DNA of 63,849 nt, filler included, from Choristocarpus tenellus KU-1152 (taxonomy: Eukaryota; Protista; Phaeophyceae), in NCBI GenBank assembly GCA_964200185.2. It is 12 parts of 12 records of this genome, joined end to end, with 100 filler letters (N's around TTAATTAATTAA, not from the genome) between each part and the next. Parts side by side here need not be neighbours in the genome. Positions count along the whole stretch, not along the records: positions 61,344 to 63,849 come from CAXNAD020027239.1; 11 more parts are not named here. The stretch is one strand, 5' to 3'. Made by a program: the position numbers and the translations under genes. Shown here one piece after another: positions 63,788-63,849 of this stretch. The notes beneath the pieces were generated by a model. That model was not told the DNA's origin. It saw only the letters and a program-made list of their open reading frames with translations, and searched no databases. Position 1 is the stretch's first letter, and each line of letters begins with the position of its first letter.

Positions 63788-63849
63788 GGGTCAAAGTATC
63801 TGAGGGGGGGGGGGGGAGTTGTGAGGGGACGTCCGTTTCGGTCAAACAC
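63788..63849 (+). mobile_element. MITE family C left end
   Basis: gggtcaaagtatctg+G tract+gtgaggggacgtccgtttcggtcaaacac. Confidence 0.85.

Overview
This is not a continuous locus. It is 12 short eukaryotic contigs joined by an artificial 100-bp linker (N44-TTAATTAATTAA-N44): 1-3956, 4057-6695, 6796-9916, 10017-20575, 20676-24137, 24238-31136, 31237-39814, 39915-47875, 47976-52059, 52160-56529, 56630-61243 and 61344-63849. Adjacency across linkers has no biological meaning. Intron-dense genes, TTAGGG motifs and gene style suggest a stramenopile, probably a brown alga or close relative (inference). Spliced genes assembled by hand with phase-consistent junctions: a DHHC palmitoyltransferase, a divergent UBA1-like E1 C-terminus with one frameshift, MSH2 head-to-head with an F-box/RCC1 gene, a complete 361-aa multi-pass membrane protein with a 7-nt microexon, and several unknown genes. 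Mobile DNA is abundant: two decayed Copia copies of one family, a DD39D mariner-type pseudogene, about 20 PIF/Harbinger-like MITEs in three families with shared termini and 3-bp TSDs, and a 4-bp-TSD MITE family. The best candidate for an undescribed system is contig 5. It carries an intron-containing ParB/Srx-like (LDGNHR) gene with a putative HTH, set head-to-head with a Cys-rich, possibly transposase N-terminal ORF, and the two are separated by a direct-repeat array.
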